Shown here in pieces: positions 8,089 through 16,822 of a stretch of DNA of 50,361 nt; within the stretch, counting starts at the first letter, position 1; each line of letters starts with the position of its first letter. Position numbers and translations under genes: made by a program. The notes under the pieces are model-generated. The model saw nothing but the letters and a program-made list of their open reading frames with translations. It was not told where the DNA came from and ran no database searches. The stretch covers positions 1-50,361 of IMG/VR virus record IMGVR_UViG_3300009506_000050; one strand, written 5' to 3'. The DNA comes from a virus. Its lineage: Duplodnaviria > Caudoviricetes.

Positions 8089-8973
8089 ATGGCAGGCGAT
8101 ATCGTAAAGCAGTCGGATAATATCAGGGACTTTTTGATGGTGCAGTTCAAGCCCATCATCAAGGACTATGCGACACGGGCATACAATGAGGATGCCTGGC
8201 TGAAATCGGCCATGATGTGCATCGTGGAATCAGAAGAGCTCCAGAAGTGCCTGGCCACACCGCAGGGCAAGGCAAGCCTTGTCCACGCTCTCAGATACGC
8301 GGCGGCCACCGGCCTTTCGCTTAACCCGCAGGAAGGCAAAGCCGCTCTTATCCCTTATGCCGGCAAGGTCGAGTATCAGGTAATGAAGGGCGGCATGATC
8401 GCGCTCGCCATGGCTTCCGGCAAGGTCGAATTCATAACCGCCGATACAGTGTATGAAAACGACGATTTCCAGATCGAAAAAACCATGGATGGCGACACCT
8501 ATCGCTTCAAGCCTGCCCTGAAGGACCGGGGCGACGCGCTCGGATATTTCGCGGCCCTCAGGATGACAAGCGGCACGGTACATGTCAAATGGATTGACAA
8601 GGCCAACATGGAAAAACACCGTGACCATTATGCCAAGGGCCTCCGGTATACCCATGAGGACAAGGCCAAGGGCATCAAAAAAGGCGAGCTCAAGCCCAAT
8701 CATGCCTGGGTCAAGTCCTTTGACGGCATGAGCCTTAAAACCGTCCTGAAGGCCCTCTTGCGCTCCCTGGAGATCAGCCCGGAACTCACAAGCGCGGTTG
8801 TCAGCGATGATCGCTTCGAGTCGGGGGAGATCCTTGATGTCACTCCCCGGGCCGAAGAGGCCGGAGCCTCTGCCGAAGACGTCAAGGAGCAAATGGCAGA
8901 GGTGGAAACCGAAGAGGCTGCCGGGACAAGCGAAGAGCCTCCGCAGGAAAAAACGGAAAAGGATTTATTCTAA
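8089..8973 (+). CDS. recT: RecT-family single-strand annealing protein
   Basis: AATGLSLNP..GKAALIPY, YQVMKGGM, VYENDDF, W...FDGM..KTVLK, acidic tail; follows the YqaJ gene. Confidence 0.9.
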   Translation: MAGDIVKQSDNIRDFLMVQFKPIIKDYATRAYNEDAWLKSAMMCIVESEELQKCLATPQGKASLVHALRYAAATGLSLNPQEGKAALIPYAGKVEYQVMKGGMIALAMASGKVEFITADTVYENDDFQIEKTMDGDTYRFKPALKDRGDALGYFAALRMTSGTVHVKWIDKANMEKHRDHYAKGLRYTHEDKAKGIKKGELKPNHAWVKSFDGMSLKTVLKALLRSLEISPELTSAVVSDDRFESGEILDVTPRAEEAGASAEDVKEQMAEVETEEAAGTSEEPPQEKTEKDLF

Positions 8974-8974
8974 A

Positions 8975-9123
8975 ATAGCGGTGGGGCGGGAGAGATACGC
9001 AACCTAAAAGCTGCCATTACCGGTGGATTGAAACGGAGGATAGATGTCCTCTGGCGGTAGGCGAGAATGGCACAACCTAATCGTCTCAATCATGCAAGGG
9101 AGAATGGCCCTTGTCACCGCTAT
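8975..9123 (+). ncRNA. tRNA-shaped structured element with a long central arm
   Basis: 9-bp closing stem, D-like GCG/CGC, T-like GCAAGGG/CCCTTGT with 7-nt loop, internal nested hairpins; no CCA. Confidence 0.5.
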
Positions 9124-9133
9124 CGCTTTAGAA

Positions 9134-9309
9134 CTGACTGGCGGCTTGAACGGTACCTGGATAGGACGCCGGGCCGCACTGGCCAAACAGGGCCGCAGTC
9201 AGGTCTAACCCGGGGCTGATGTATGGGTCAGGCGCATTTGGAAACAGGCTTGAGGGTTACAGCTTCCGGCCCTTGTTGCCCTAACCATCAGCCCCGCCCC
9301 TTCGGGGGC
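9134..9309 (+). ncRNA. Two long stem-closed elements plus a UUCG hairpin
   Basis: CTGACT-G-GCGGC/GCCGCAGTCAG (9134-9202); CGGGGCTGATG/CATCAGCCCCG (9211-9296); GCCCC-TTCG-GGGGC (9296-9309). Confidence 0.45.
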
Positions 9310-9323
9310 AGAAAGGAAAGGAT

Positions 9324-9593
9324 ATGGCTAAGAGCTTTATAGATGGACATGAGGTTTACTATGAAAGAGAGACCCGAACCTGGAAATGGAGCGATACCGA
9401 TGAACCCGTGGAAGCATCCAGGCCATGCCCCAAGTGCGAAAAGCTTCCCGTTAATGGCCATGATGACTGCCTGAAGAACTTGCCCGGCGTAAAATCTGCC
9501 TGTTGCGGCCACGGCAAAGAAACAGGCTATATCCTTTTTAACGATGGGACCATGATCCAGGGGCATTTTTCTATTAATAGGAAATGGGGGTAA
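9324..9593 (+). CDS. Cys/His-rich phage protein
   Basis: CPKC...HDDCL..LPGV.SACCGHG, a pattern I recall from phage proteins. Confidence 0.7.
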   Translation: MAKSFIDGHEVYYERETRTWKWSDTDEPVEASRPCPKCEKLPVNGHDDCLKNLPGVKSACCGHGKETGYILFNDGTMIQGHFSINRKWG

Positions 9594-9598
9594 ATGAG

Positions 9599-10351
9599 AT
9601 GAGCAATAGATTTTGGGATTTGGGCCCAATGGTGGTCACGGGCTGTACAAAGGTCAGCGAGGGATGTTTACGCTGCTGGAGCGAGACCGCCCATAACAGG
9701 CGATGCCATAATCCCGCGGTGGAGCATCTTTACAGAAAGGAGCTACTGACCAACGGGAAATTCAATGGCAACATACAGTTTAATTTGCAACAGCTTGAGC
9801 ATGCTGTCAAGACCCGAACGCCTAAGGTTATAAGTCCCTGGAACGACCTGTACCATGAGGCCCTTACAGTGGAGCAAATAGGGCAGGCCCACAGGATAAT
9901 GGCCAACAAGCGCAATGCTCACCACACTTTCCTGATAGTCACAAAAAGGGCCGACCGCGCGGCGGATTATTGCCAAGGGGTTTCGGATATATCCGGTGGC
10001 ATACAGGTACCCGATAATATGTGGCACCTCTTCACCTGCGAGAACCAGAAGCGGCTTGATGAGAGGATGCCCCATATCCTCCGCATCCCCGGCAAGAGGG
10101 GCGTGCTCATCGAGCCCTGTCTGGAGGGGGTGGACCTAGCTGAAAAGGGGCATGGGTGGCTTTTTGTTGATGAGCTTGCAGATGGTAGGCGGACAGGCAT
10201 CCACCAGGTCATCCTCGGCCCGGAGAACGGCCCCGGCAAGCGTCCCTTTGACCCGGCATGGGCGGACAGCGTCAAGTCCCAGTGCGCGGCCGCAGGAGTG
10301 CCATTTTACCGCAAGGACACTGGCGAAGGGACTCTTGCCTGGCGCATATAA
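9599..10351 (+). CDS. DUF5131 (phage Gp37/Gp68) family protein
   Basis: TGCTKVSEGCLRC, DLYHE, HTFLIVTKR, ENQ, EP.L, QC.AAGVPF..K. Confidence 0.88.
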   Translation: MSNRFWDLGPMVVTGCTKVSEGCLRCWSETAHNRRCHNPAVEHLYRKELLTNGKFNGNIQFNLQQLEHAVKTRTPKVISPWNDLYHEALTVEQIGQAHRIMANKRNAHHTFLIVTKRADRAADYCQGVSDISGGIQVPDNMWHLFTCENQKRLDERMPHILRIPGKRGVLIEPCLEGVDLAEKGHGWLFVDELADGRRTGIHQVILGPENGPGKRPFDPAWADSVKSQCAAAGVPFYRKDTGEGTLAWRI

Positions 10352-10401
10352 GCAAGTAAGGCAAAATAAAAAATTTAATGGGATATGGAATATAAATTTT
10401 T

Positions 10402-13077
10402 ATGCCAGAGAAAATTGATACCTCTCGTTACAAACCACTGCTTCGTGATTTTCTCATTCGCCGCGGCGTTAAAATAAATGAGAGGAAGCGGCCCAATACC
10501 GCCCAATGCCCTAACCCAAGCCATTCGGATGAAGATCCGAGTGCCATTATTTATCCCGAGAATCTTCATTGTCCCATATGCGCTTTAACATGGGATGTCT
10601 TTGAAGTCGCGGGACTTCTCGACGGATTGACTGATTTCCCTGACAAGCTGAAGGCGGTCCAGGATACACTGGGAATCAGCGAAGTCAAGCCCGCCGGGCC
10701 CGGAGGATCCAAACCTAAGGACTCCAAGAAAGACAAAAAGCCCAAATATGAAGCAGTCGCCCTTGAGCGGGAAAGGGCCCTTCAGGTCTATTCCCCCACC
10801 GCTCTTCTTGAACGCGCAAAAAGCGCGAAATGGCTTGAAGGGGATATCAGGCTTATCAAGGTCTGGCCCTACTACAATGCCGAGGGCCTGATTGATATTC
10901 TGGATGCCCGCTTTGAAAATGAGCACGGCAAAAAAGCAGTCATAACCTTTTATTATGATGGCAAGGTTTTGCGCTCCGCCGGCGCTCCGATTCTGCTTTA
11001 TAACCGGAACCTCATTGAAGCCGATAAGGAATCTCCTGTCCTGATAGTCGAAGGCGCGAAAGCCGCCGAGGCTGCGGCAACAATCCCCGGCTTCATTCCT
11101 GTCACATGGAATGGGGGGGGCAAAAAATGCAAGATGGCCGACTGGACTCCCTTGAAGGAAAGAACAGTCTATATCTGGCCTGATGATGACCAGAAAGTCT
11201 ATGACGAAAAGCATGCCTTGGCTGGCGAACTGAAGCCCGAGCACGAACAGCCGGGCATCAATACAGCCCTGACGATAAAGAATAGGCTTCCGCAAGCTAA
11301 AATCATTCGCCCAATGCCCGAGGCCCGGAGCATCAAGCCTGATGGGGCCGATATCGTGGAAGCCCTGTCGCTTCCGGATATCAGCCCCGAGGCTATCGCC
11401 GAATATATCCTGACAGCCGAAGAGATCAAGACACCTGCAAAGGAAGCCGCCCAATCCTCGAGACCCCCATCAAGCCCACCGTCAAATCCAATCGATACTG
11501 CCCGCGAAGAGCCGGAACCCGAACTCTTCCCTTTCCGAATTCTGGGGGTTGCCGATGACGCAAAGGGATACTTCCTGGACAGGCATGAACGCCTGACATC
11601 GATGTCACTCGGCTCGATAACACAGAATAAGCTTTTAACGCTGGCCCCCCTGACTTTCTGGCAAATTCACTTTGCCACTGGCAAGGGCGGCATTATGGGC
11701 AAGGATGACTGGATAGCGGCAATTGACGCGGTCATTCAGGTAGCAGGGCAAATGGATTTCGACCCTGACAGGATTCGTGGCCGGGGGGCATGGCGCGAGA
11801 GGGATGGCCGAATCTGCTATCACGATGGACTTAATACTCTGGGCGAGACAGGCGAGAATCGCCTGTATTTGCGCATGACCCGCAAGGATATAGGCCTCGG
11901 TAGCCCTTTGCCGGAATTGGAGCGTCTGACGGCCATTCTGGACGTCACAGGACAGCTTTCCTTTGAGACCCGCGCCGACATGATTCGCTGTATCGCATGG
12001 TCCACGCTGGCCCCCTTTGCCGGGGCCCTCCCCTGGCGCCCCGCCGGACTCTTGACGGGCCGCTCAGAATCAGGAAAATCGACAATTGTAGACATGATAA
12101 TCAAGCCCCTTTCACTTCCATTCGTATTCTCTGGCGGCGAAACAACCGAGGCTGGCGTCAGACAGACAATCAAGAATGACGCGACGGCCATCGTCATTGA
12201 GGAAGCGGAAACCGACACACCGAAGAAGCGACAGAGGCGCGACGATATCCTTTCCCTGATGCGCCAGTCCACCTCGGACGAAACCCCGAAGGCCGCAAAG
12301 GGGACCATTGACGGAAAAGGAATGATGTTTACCCTCCGGAGCATGTTCATGTTTGTCGCCATCAGCCCCGAGGTTGAATCTATCGCGGACGATAACCGCC
12401 TCTTCCGGGTAAACCTTGAGAAAAACAATAATGACTGGCCCACGCTGAAAAACAGGCTCGGGGAACTTTTGACGCCGGAGCTTTGTTCGTCCATCCGCGC
12501 CTTTACATGGTCCAGGATGACGGAAATATTTCGGCTAGCGGATATAATGTCTCCCGTAATACAGAAAGTGACGAACAAATCAAACCGCTATGCCCTGGCC
12601 GAAGCCATACTATTCGCGGCCTATCAGATAATCTGGAAGCAGGTCGAATTAAATGAAGATGACCTTTACAGGTTTTTCGAACAAATCTATGACTGGCAAC
12701 CGCCCGAAGAAAGCCGTGACGAAACCGAAGAGCTCCTTGACAGGCTTCTCGATGAAAGCATTCAGGAAGGCAAAGACAGATATACCCTTCGCGAGATCCT
12801 CCAGAAAGCGGACAGAGGGCCGTCAGATCCGGTTTATTTCAAGAGCATCGCGGGCCGTTACGGTCTCGGCCTGACGCCCGATGGCGATCTGGCTATTGCG
12901 AAAAATTTTCATGCCATATCCCGCATCATCGAGCGCGGGCGCGGATACCAGCGCATATTCTGGCGGCACCCCCTGCTTATAGCGAAGGGCCGCTCCGTAG
13001 CCATAGCGGGGAAGGTCCGCAACTGCCTTGTAATCGATAAAAAGATACTGACCGAGTCAGGGGAAGAGGTTTTCTAA
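10402..13077 (+). CDS. Primase-helicase (Zn finger + TOPRIM + P-loop NTPase)
   Basis: CPNPSH.D..PS...HCPIC; IVEG..AA and WPDDD (TOPRIM); GRSESGKS Walker A, IVIEE Walker B. Confidence 0.85.
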   Translation: MPEKIDTSRYKPLLRDFLIRRGVKINERKRPNTAQCPNPSHSDEDPSAIIYPENLHCPICALTWDVFEVAGLLDGLTDFPDKLKAVQDTLGISEVKPAGPGGSKPKDSKKDKKPKYEAVALERERALQVYSPTALLERAKSAKWLEGDIRLIKVWPYYNAEGLIDILDARFENEHGKKAVITFYYDGKVLRSAGAPILLYNRNLIEADKESPVLIVEGAKAAEAAATIPGFIPVTWNGGGKKCKMADWTPLKERTVYIWPDDDQKVYDEKHALAGELKPEHEQPGINTALTIKNRLPQAKIIRPMPEARSIKPDGADIVEALSLPDISPEAIAEYILTAEEIKTPAKEAAQSSRPPSSPPSNPIDTAREEPEPELFPFRILGVADDAKGYFLDRHERLTSMSLGSITQNKLLTLAPLTFWQIHFATGKGGIMGKDDWIAAIDAVIQVAGQMDFDPDRIRGRGAWRERDGRICYHDGLNTLGETGENRLYLRMTRKDIGLGSPLPELERLTAILDVTGQLSFETRADMIRCIAWSTLAPFAGALPWRPAGLLTGRSESGKSTIVDMIIKPLSLPFVFSGGETTEAGVRQTIKNDATAIVIEEAETDTPKKRQRRDDILSLMRQSTSDETPKAAKGTIDGKGMMFTLRSMFMFVAISPEVESIADDNRLFRVNLEKNNNDWPTLKNRLGELLTPELCSSIRAFTWSRMTEIFRLADIMSPVIQKVTNKSNRYALAEAILFAAYQIIWKQVELNEDDLYRFFEQIYDWQPPEESRDETEELLDRLLDESIQEGKDRYTLREILQKADRGPSDPVYFKSIAGRYGLGLTPDGDLAIAKNFHAISRIIERGRGYQRIFWRHPLLIAKGRSVAIAGKVRNCLVIDKKILTESGEEVF

Positions 13078-13806
13078 ATGAATCATATTGTTGCTTTATC
13101 AGGTGGCAAAGATAGTACAGCTATGGCATTACGATTACGTGAAGTAGAACCAAGGCATTATATTTATATTTGTACTCCTACTGGCGATGAATTGCCAGAA
13201 ATGGATGCGCATTGGCATAATCTAGAGAATAAATTAGGCCAACCAATTATACGTCTTGCAGATAGCGAAAATCCAACGATTTATGATTTAATTGATCAGA
13301 TGCATATGCTACCGAATTGGCGTGCTAGATGGTGTACAAGAATATTAAAAATTGAGCTTGCTCAAAGATTTTACGAATTAATACATCCGGCAATTATCTA
13401 CGTTGGCTTACGAGCAGACGAACCAGACAGGAAAGGCAATAAACTTTACGACGAAAATATTCATCAGCGATTTCCCATGCAAGATTGGGGTTGGAGGATT
13501 GCCGATGTAAAAAATTATCTGAAACAGAAAAATATTGATATTCCACGTCGCACGGATTGCGCTATGTGTTTTTATCAGCGCATAGATGAATGGTATATGC
13601 TTTGGCGTGATTATCCACAATACTTTGAACGCATTGAGGCTATTGAAAAGAAATTGGGTCATACACTTTTAAGTCCTGGCAAATGGAAAAATTGGCCACA
13701 TGCTTTACATGATTTACGTAAAGTTTTTGAAAGTGGCAAAATTCCTTCCAAAATAATCCATGAAAAAGAAATATGTTCAGATAAATGCAGAGCATGTTCA
13801 ATATAA
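13078..13806 (+). CDS. PAPS-reductase-like (PP-loop, probable Fe-S) protein
   Basis: LSGGKDS, RWCT..LK, GLRADE, RTDCAMCF; AT-rich relative to its flanks. Confidence 0.85.
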   Translation: MNHIVALSGGKDSTAMALRLREVEPRHYIYICTPTGDELPEMDAHWHNLENKLGQPIIRLADSENPTIYDLIDQMHMLPNWRARWCTRILKIELAQRFYELIHPAIIYVGLRADEPDRKGNKLYDENIHQRFPMQDWGWRIADVKNYLKQKNIDIPRRTDCAMCFYQRIDEWYMLWRDYPQYFERIEAIEKKLGHTLLSPGKWKNWPHALHDLRKVFESGKIPSKIIHEKEICSDKCRACSI

Positions 13807-13841
13807 TTGACAAGATATATATTTATATGTTAAGATAAATC
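13807..13841 (+). promoter_or_regulatory. Promoter TTGACA-18-TAAGAT, 5 nt before ATG (leaderless)
   Basis: Spacer starts AGATATATAT as at 5134; ATG at 13842. Confidence 0.65.
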
Positions 13842-14042
13842 ATGCCTGAATACTACCAGATAGAATTCGGGAAACTGAATGGAAACTATAAGGTGCTGTA
13901 CAAAACACAGTCCGGCAGGGCCGCATGGCGGGCATTTTATGAAACAGCCATAACCTCCGGCGAGAAAAAGCGCATACGTGTAAAGAAAGGGAGGGCGGGG
14001 CAATGGCGGATCCTGAAAAGAGAAAGGGCATACTGGACATGA
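13842..14042 (+). CDS. Small basic hypothetical protein
   Basis: ORF directly after the promoter. Confidence 0.55.
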   Translation: MPEYYQIEFGKLNGNYKVLYKTQSGRAAWRAFYETAITSGEKKRIRVKKGRAGQWRILKRERAYWT

Positions 14043-14178
14043 AATTCAAGCGAGGGACAAGAACACTCGTTGCCGCGATAGCCTATGGCATTTCAGTTCT
14101 TTCACATCATGTCTCTTCAGGTGAATCGCTTATTGCAGTAATTTTAATCCTGATATTATCTCTGCTAGAGGAAAAACT

Positions 14179-14379
14179 ATGATCAAGCTTCGCCGATTCC
14201 TGGGCCTGACAGTTATCAGCGGTACCCGATACGAAATGGACCGCCTGAAGGCGTTAAGCGGGGCATCGCTCAATGATGGCGATGCCGTGGCAGTTGTGCC
14301 CGCCTTTTCCCATGTCCATCGCAATCCCCGGCGTAAAGCATTTATCAGATACATTGAGGATCGGGAAGGAGAAAAATAG
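14179..14379 (+). CDS. Hypothetical protein
   Basis: SD GAGGA. Confidence 0.45.
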   Translation: MIKLRRFLGLTVISGTRYEMDRLKALSGASLNDGDAVAVVPAFSHVHRNPRRKAFIRYIEDREGEK

Positions 14380-14460
14380 AAATGATAGGGATAGGACATC
14401 ACTTGAGGAAGCGTAACCGTGGGAAGAAATAGCCATGCGGCCCATAAGGAAACACGAGAC

Positions 14461-14580
14461 ATGAAGTGTCCCGCTTGCGGCTATTCAGCCCAAGTCATCG
14501 GCCTTGAGGAATACGGGACATGGACAGCCTTTGAGCCCACGGAAGTAATATGCCCTGATTGCGGCAAAGCACTAGAATAA
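14461..14580 (+). CDS. 39-aa Zn-ribbon protein (not in the ORF track)
   Basis: MKCPACG...ICPDCGKALE. Confidence 0.55.
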   Translation: MKCPACGYSAQVIGLEEYGTWTAFEPTEVICPDCGKALE

Positions 14581-14594
14581 TCCGGGAGGTAAGC

Positions 14595-14921
14595 TTGAAA
14601 CTATCAGCAGATAAAATCATCAAAAAGGCATCAATAATGATAGAACTCAAAAAGAGACTTGGTAAGGAAAAGGATATCGCCCTTGCCGATGAGTTCGGCG
14701 TCACGAGGCAATATGTTTCATCCCTTAGAAAATCTCTTGGTATTCCTGTCTATAGGGGGGAACTGCATTCAGATAATGTTGTCCTGGTCTCTGCATGCGT
14801 AACGAAAAAGGACAGCCAGAGGATGAAAAAGGGCATGAGGAAAACGGGGGAGTCCGGCGTATCGGAATACCTTCGAGATGCCATAAGGCGCAAAAACAGG
14901 GAGGTGCTAGGGGATGGATGA
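14595..14921 (+). CDS. DNA-binding protein (HTH plus RHH-like C-terminus)
   Basis: DIALADEFGVTRQYVSSLR helix-turn-helix; VSEYLRDAIRR; SD GGAGGT before TTG. Confidence 0.65.
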   Translation: MKLSADKIIKKASIMIELKKRLGKEKDIALADEFGVTRQYVSSLRKSLGIPVYRGELHSDNVVLVSACVTKKDSQRMKKGMRKTGESGVSEYLRDAIRRKNREVLGDG

Positions 14922-15183
14922 TATAGGGAAAACTCATATTATTTTGACAGGCCTCGCGGTCCTGATCTTCGGGATTGGCATATGGTTAGGGGCAACAATC
15001 GCCCTCAACAAGTCAGGACAACATGAATACAATGCCGTCCAGGCGGCCCTTGCCAATGCTGTTTCGCCCCTGAATTGCGGGGAAAACGAGATCATCGATA
15101 CCATTCAACGCCTGGCCGAAGCGGGAACACATGTCCGGGGGTACTCAATGCATCTGGATTTAAGCAACGGGGGAGGGGAATGA
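14914..15183 (+). CDS. Membrane-anchored hypothetical protein
   Basis: N-terminal hydrophobic helix; SD GGAGG. Confidence 0.55.
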   Translation: MDDIGKTHIILTGLAVLIFGIGIWLGATIALNKSGQHEYNAVQAALANAVSPLNCGENEIIDTIQRLAEAGTHVRGYSMHLDLSNGGGE

Positions 15184-15380
15184 GAATGAGAATCCAAATA
15201 GAAGTCACCAGCTATGGATACGATGGAGAGCATGACGAAAGCTATGATGCCTTGCTATACATGGAGGACGATAACCTCGTGCTGGATTTGGGCGAAAAAA
15301 GAGGGGTATTAGAAATTGATAGGGTGGATTTCATGAGAGCGTTATCGGTAGTAGCTCTCAACCACTTGGATATGGTTTAG
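15180..15380 (+). CDS. Acidic hypothetical protein
   Basis: ATGA overlap; SD GGAGG. Confidence 0.5.
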   Translation: MRMRIQIEVTSYGYDGEHDESYDALLYMEDDNLVLDLGEKRGVLEIDRVDFMRALSVVALNHLDMV

Positions 15381-15390
15381 GAGGAAAGAA

Positions 15391-15852
15391 ATGAAACTAG
15401 ACCTAAAAGACGCAGCAGGCATTGAGCGAGCAGCCGCGCTGGTGTATGAGGCTGTGACGGGGAAGTGCTGGCATGATGATTTATTTTACATAAGCGGGAC
15501 GCTTGTCAACTGTCGCAAGTGCGATGAGGTCATTAATATAAGCGTTCACCGTCATGTTAACCCGCCCCTCGCCGCATCTCTTGACGCATGGAGGCCGCTA
15601 TGGGAAAAGATGGATAGTAACATGCTATGGGAATATTCTCTCGAACTGGCTAACTTAATGACTCCAGAACATGCAGGTTTAGAGCACTCATTGATATCAT
15701 TTACAATGGGTGATTGCGCTGGCGACCAAGATGATACTCTATGCCTAGAAGCTAGATTTGGGCATCATTTTTTCAGGGCAACCCCACCAATGCATCTTGA
15801 AGCCGCACTGAGGGCACTAGGGCTGGTGGAGAAATGGGAGGCAGGGGAATGA
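15391..15852 (+). CDS. Hypothetical protein, possible phage ABA-sandwich-like
   Basis: CWH...C.KC...NPPL..SLDA...L.EKM. Confidence 0.5.
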   Translation: MKLDLKDAAGIERAAALVYEAVTGKCWHDDLFYISGTLVNCRKCDEVINISVHRHVNPPLAASLDAWRPLWEKMDSNMLWEYSLELANLMTPEHAGLEHSLISFTMGDCAGDQDDTLCLEARFGHHFFRATPPMHLEAALRALGLVEKWEAGE

Positions 15853-16073
15853 ACTGCAAAACAGTTGGATGCTTAGAAATTCGCGGTTCGTCTTTTTGTG
15901 AAACATGCTCAGATTATACTGAGTCAGAAGAAGCCCAAATACGCAAACATGGGACATTCACGAAAGGCGAAGCTATCACATTAACTCTGGTAGCAATAAT
16001 ATTAACTCTTGTTTCTCCTATAGGCTTGATAGCGTGGCCAGCAGTATTTAGTGTATGGAGGGATTTAAAATGA
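15849..16073 (+). CDS. Small Cys-rich membrane protein
   Basis: C....C......FC..C followed by a hydrophobic C-terminus. Confidence 0.5.
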   Translation: MNCKTVGCLEIRGSSFCETCSDYTESEEAQIRKHGTFTKGEAITLTLVAIILTLVSPIGLIAWPAVFSVWRDLK

Positions 16074-16207
16074 CCGATAACGAGATAATCATAAAGTGGT
16101 ACGGGAAAAGGAGGTGGAGAGGTGAAAGTTTGCCAAAATTCAAAACATTATTCATGTCTCGCGCATAATTATAAGCGGTGTCATGGCACATGGAAGGAAT
16201 TTTTAAT

Positions 16208-16822
16208 ATGACTAACGCCCAGGAATTCAACACGCTATCCCGCGAGTTCTGCCTGTCACAAGCTGACAAGGTGGTGAATGAGTGCAAGGAGTGCGGGGGG
16301 ACGGGGATGGTTCATGTTGCAGTAGAACTTGGCGGACTATCACATGATTTCTTTGAATCGTATGATGAAGAACCCTGCCCCTCATGTCAGCGCAAGGTCA
16401 AAGAGTGGCGGAAGCTGGCGGATGAGTTCTGCTGGCATAAGATATTGGCAACCGGGAGACTATTAACTGGCGATTATCCCAATCAAGAAAATCCAACATG
16501 TCAAGGCGATTGGATGTTAGGCGATATATACGTATGTAATTGCGGATTTATAGGGATAGATTCAACCTCAAGAAAAATTGCAAGCGAAGGCAAATGGGTA
16601 GAGCATTCTGGTAATTCTAACCCCACCTACTCTAACCCCGCCGACATAGCCGCCGCACTCAAGCGCATGGGGCTGTGGGATAAGTTTACAACGTGGCTAT
16701 GGATGAAGTTTATTCCTAATGCAGAGCTTGACCAATATGGGATATTTGATATCCTAACCACCCCCGCCCTATTCCTTGAGGCCGGGAAAAACTTCTTGCG
16801 GGAGGTTGTGGGGCAACCATGA
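16208..16822 (+). CDS. Hypothetical protein with DnaJ-like CxxCxGxG and CWH/NPTY motifs
   Basis: CKECGGTG...CPSC; FCWH...CNCG...NPTYSNPAD. Confidence 0.55.
   Translation: MTNAQEFNTLSREFCLSQADKVVNECKECGGTGMVHVAVELGGLSHDFFESYDEEPCPSCQRKVKEWRKLADEFCWHKILATGRLLTGDYPNQENPTCQGDWMLGDIYVCNCGFIGIDSTSRKIASEGKWVEHSGNSNPTYSNPADIAAALKRMGLWDKFTTWLWMKFIPNAELDQYGIFDILTTPALFLEAGKNFLREVVGQP

Noticed and set aside
8975-9123. Canonical tRNA gene
   Set aside because: No anticodon arm, no TTCRA loop, no CCA; kept only as a tRNA-like element
9211-9296. tmRNA, because it starts GGGGCTGAT
   Set aside because: The stem closes after ~85 nt; no T-arm, CCA or tag reading frame
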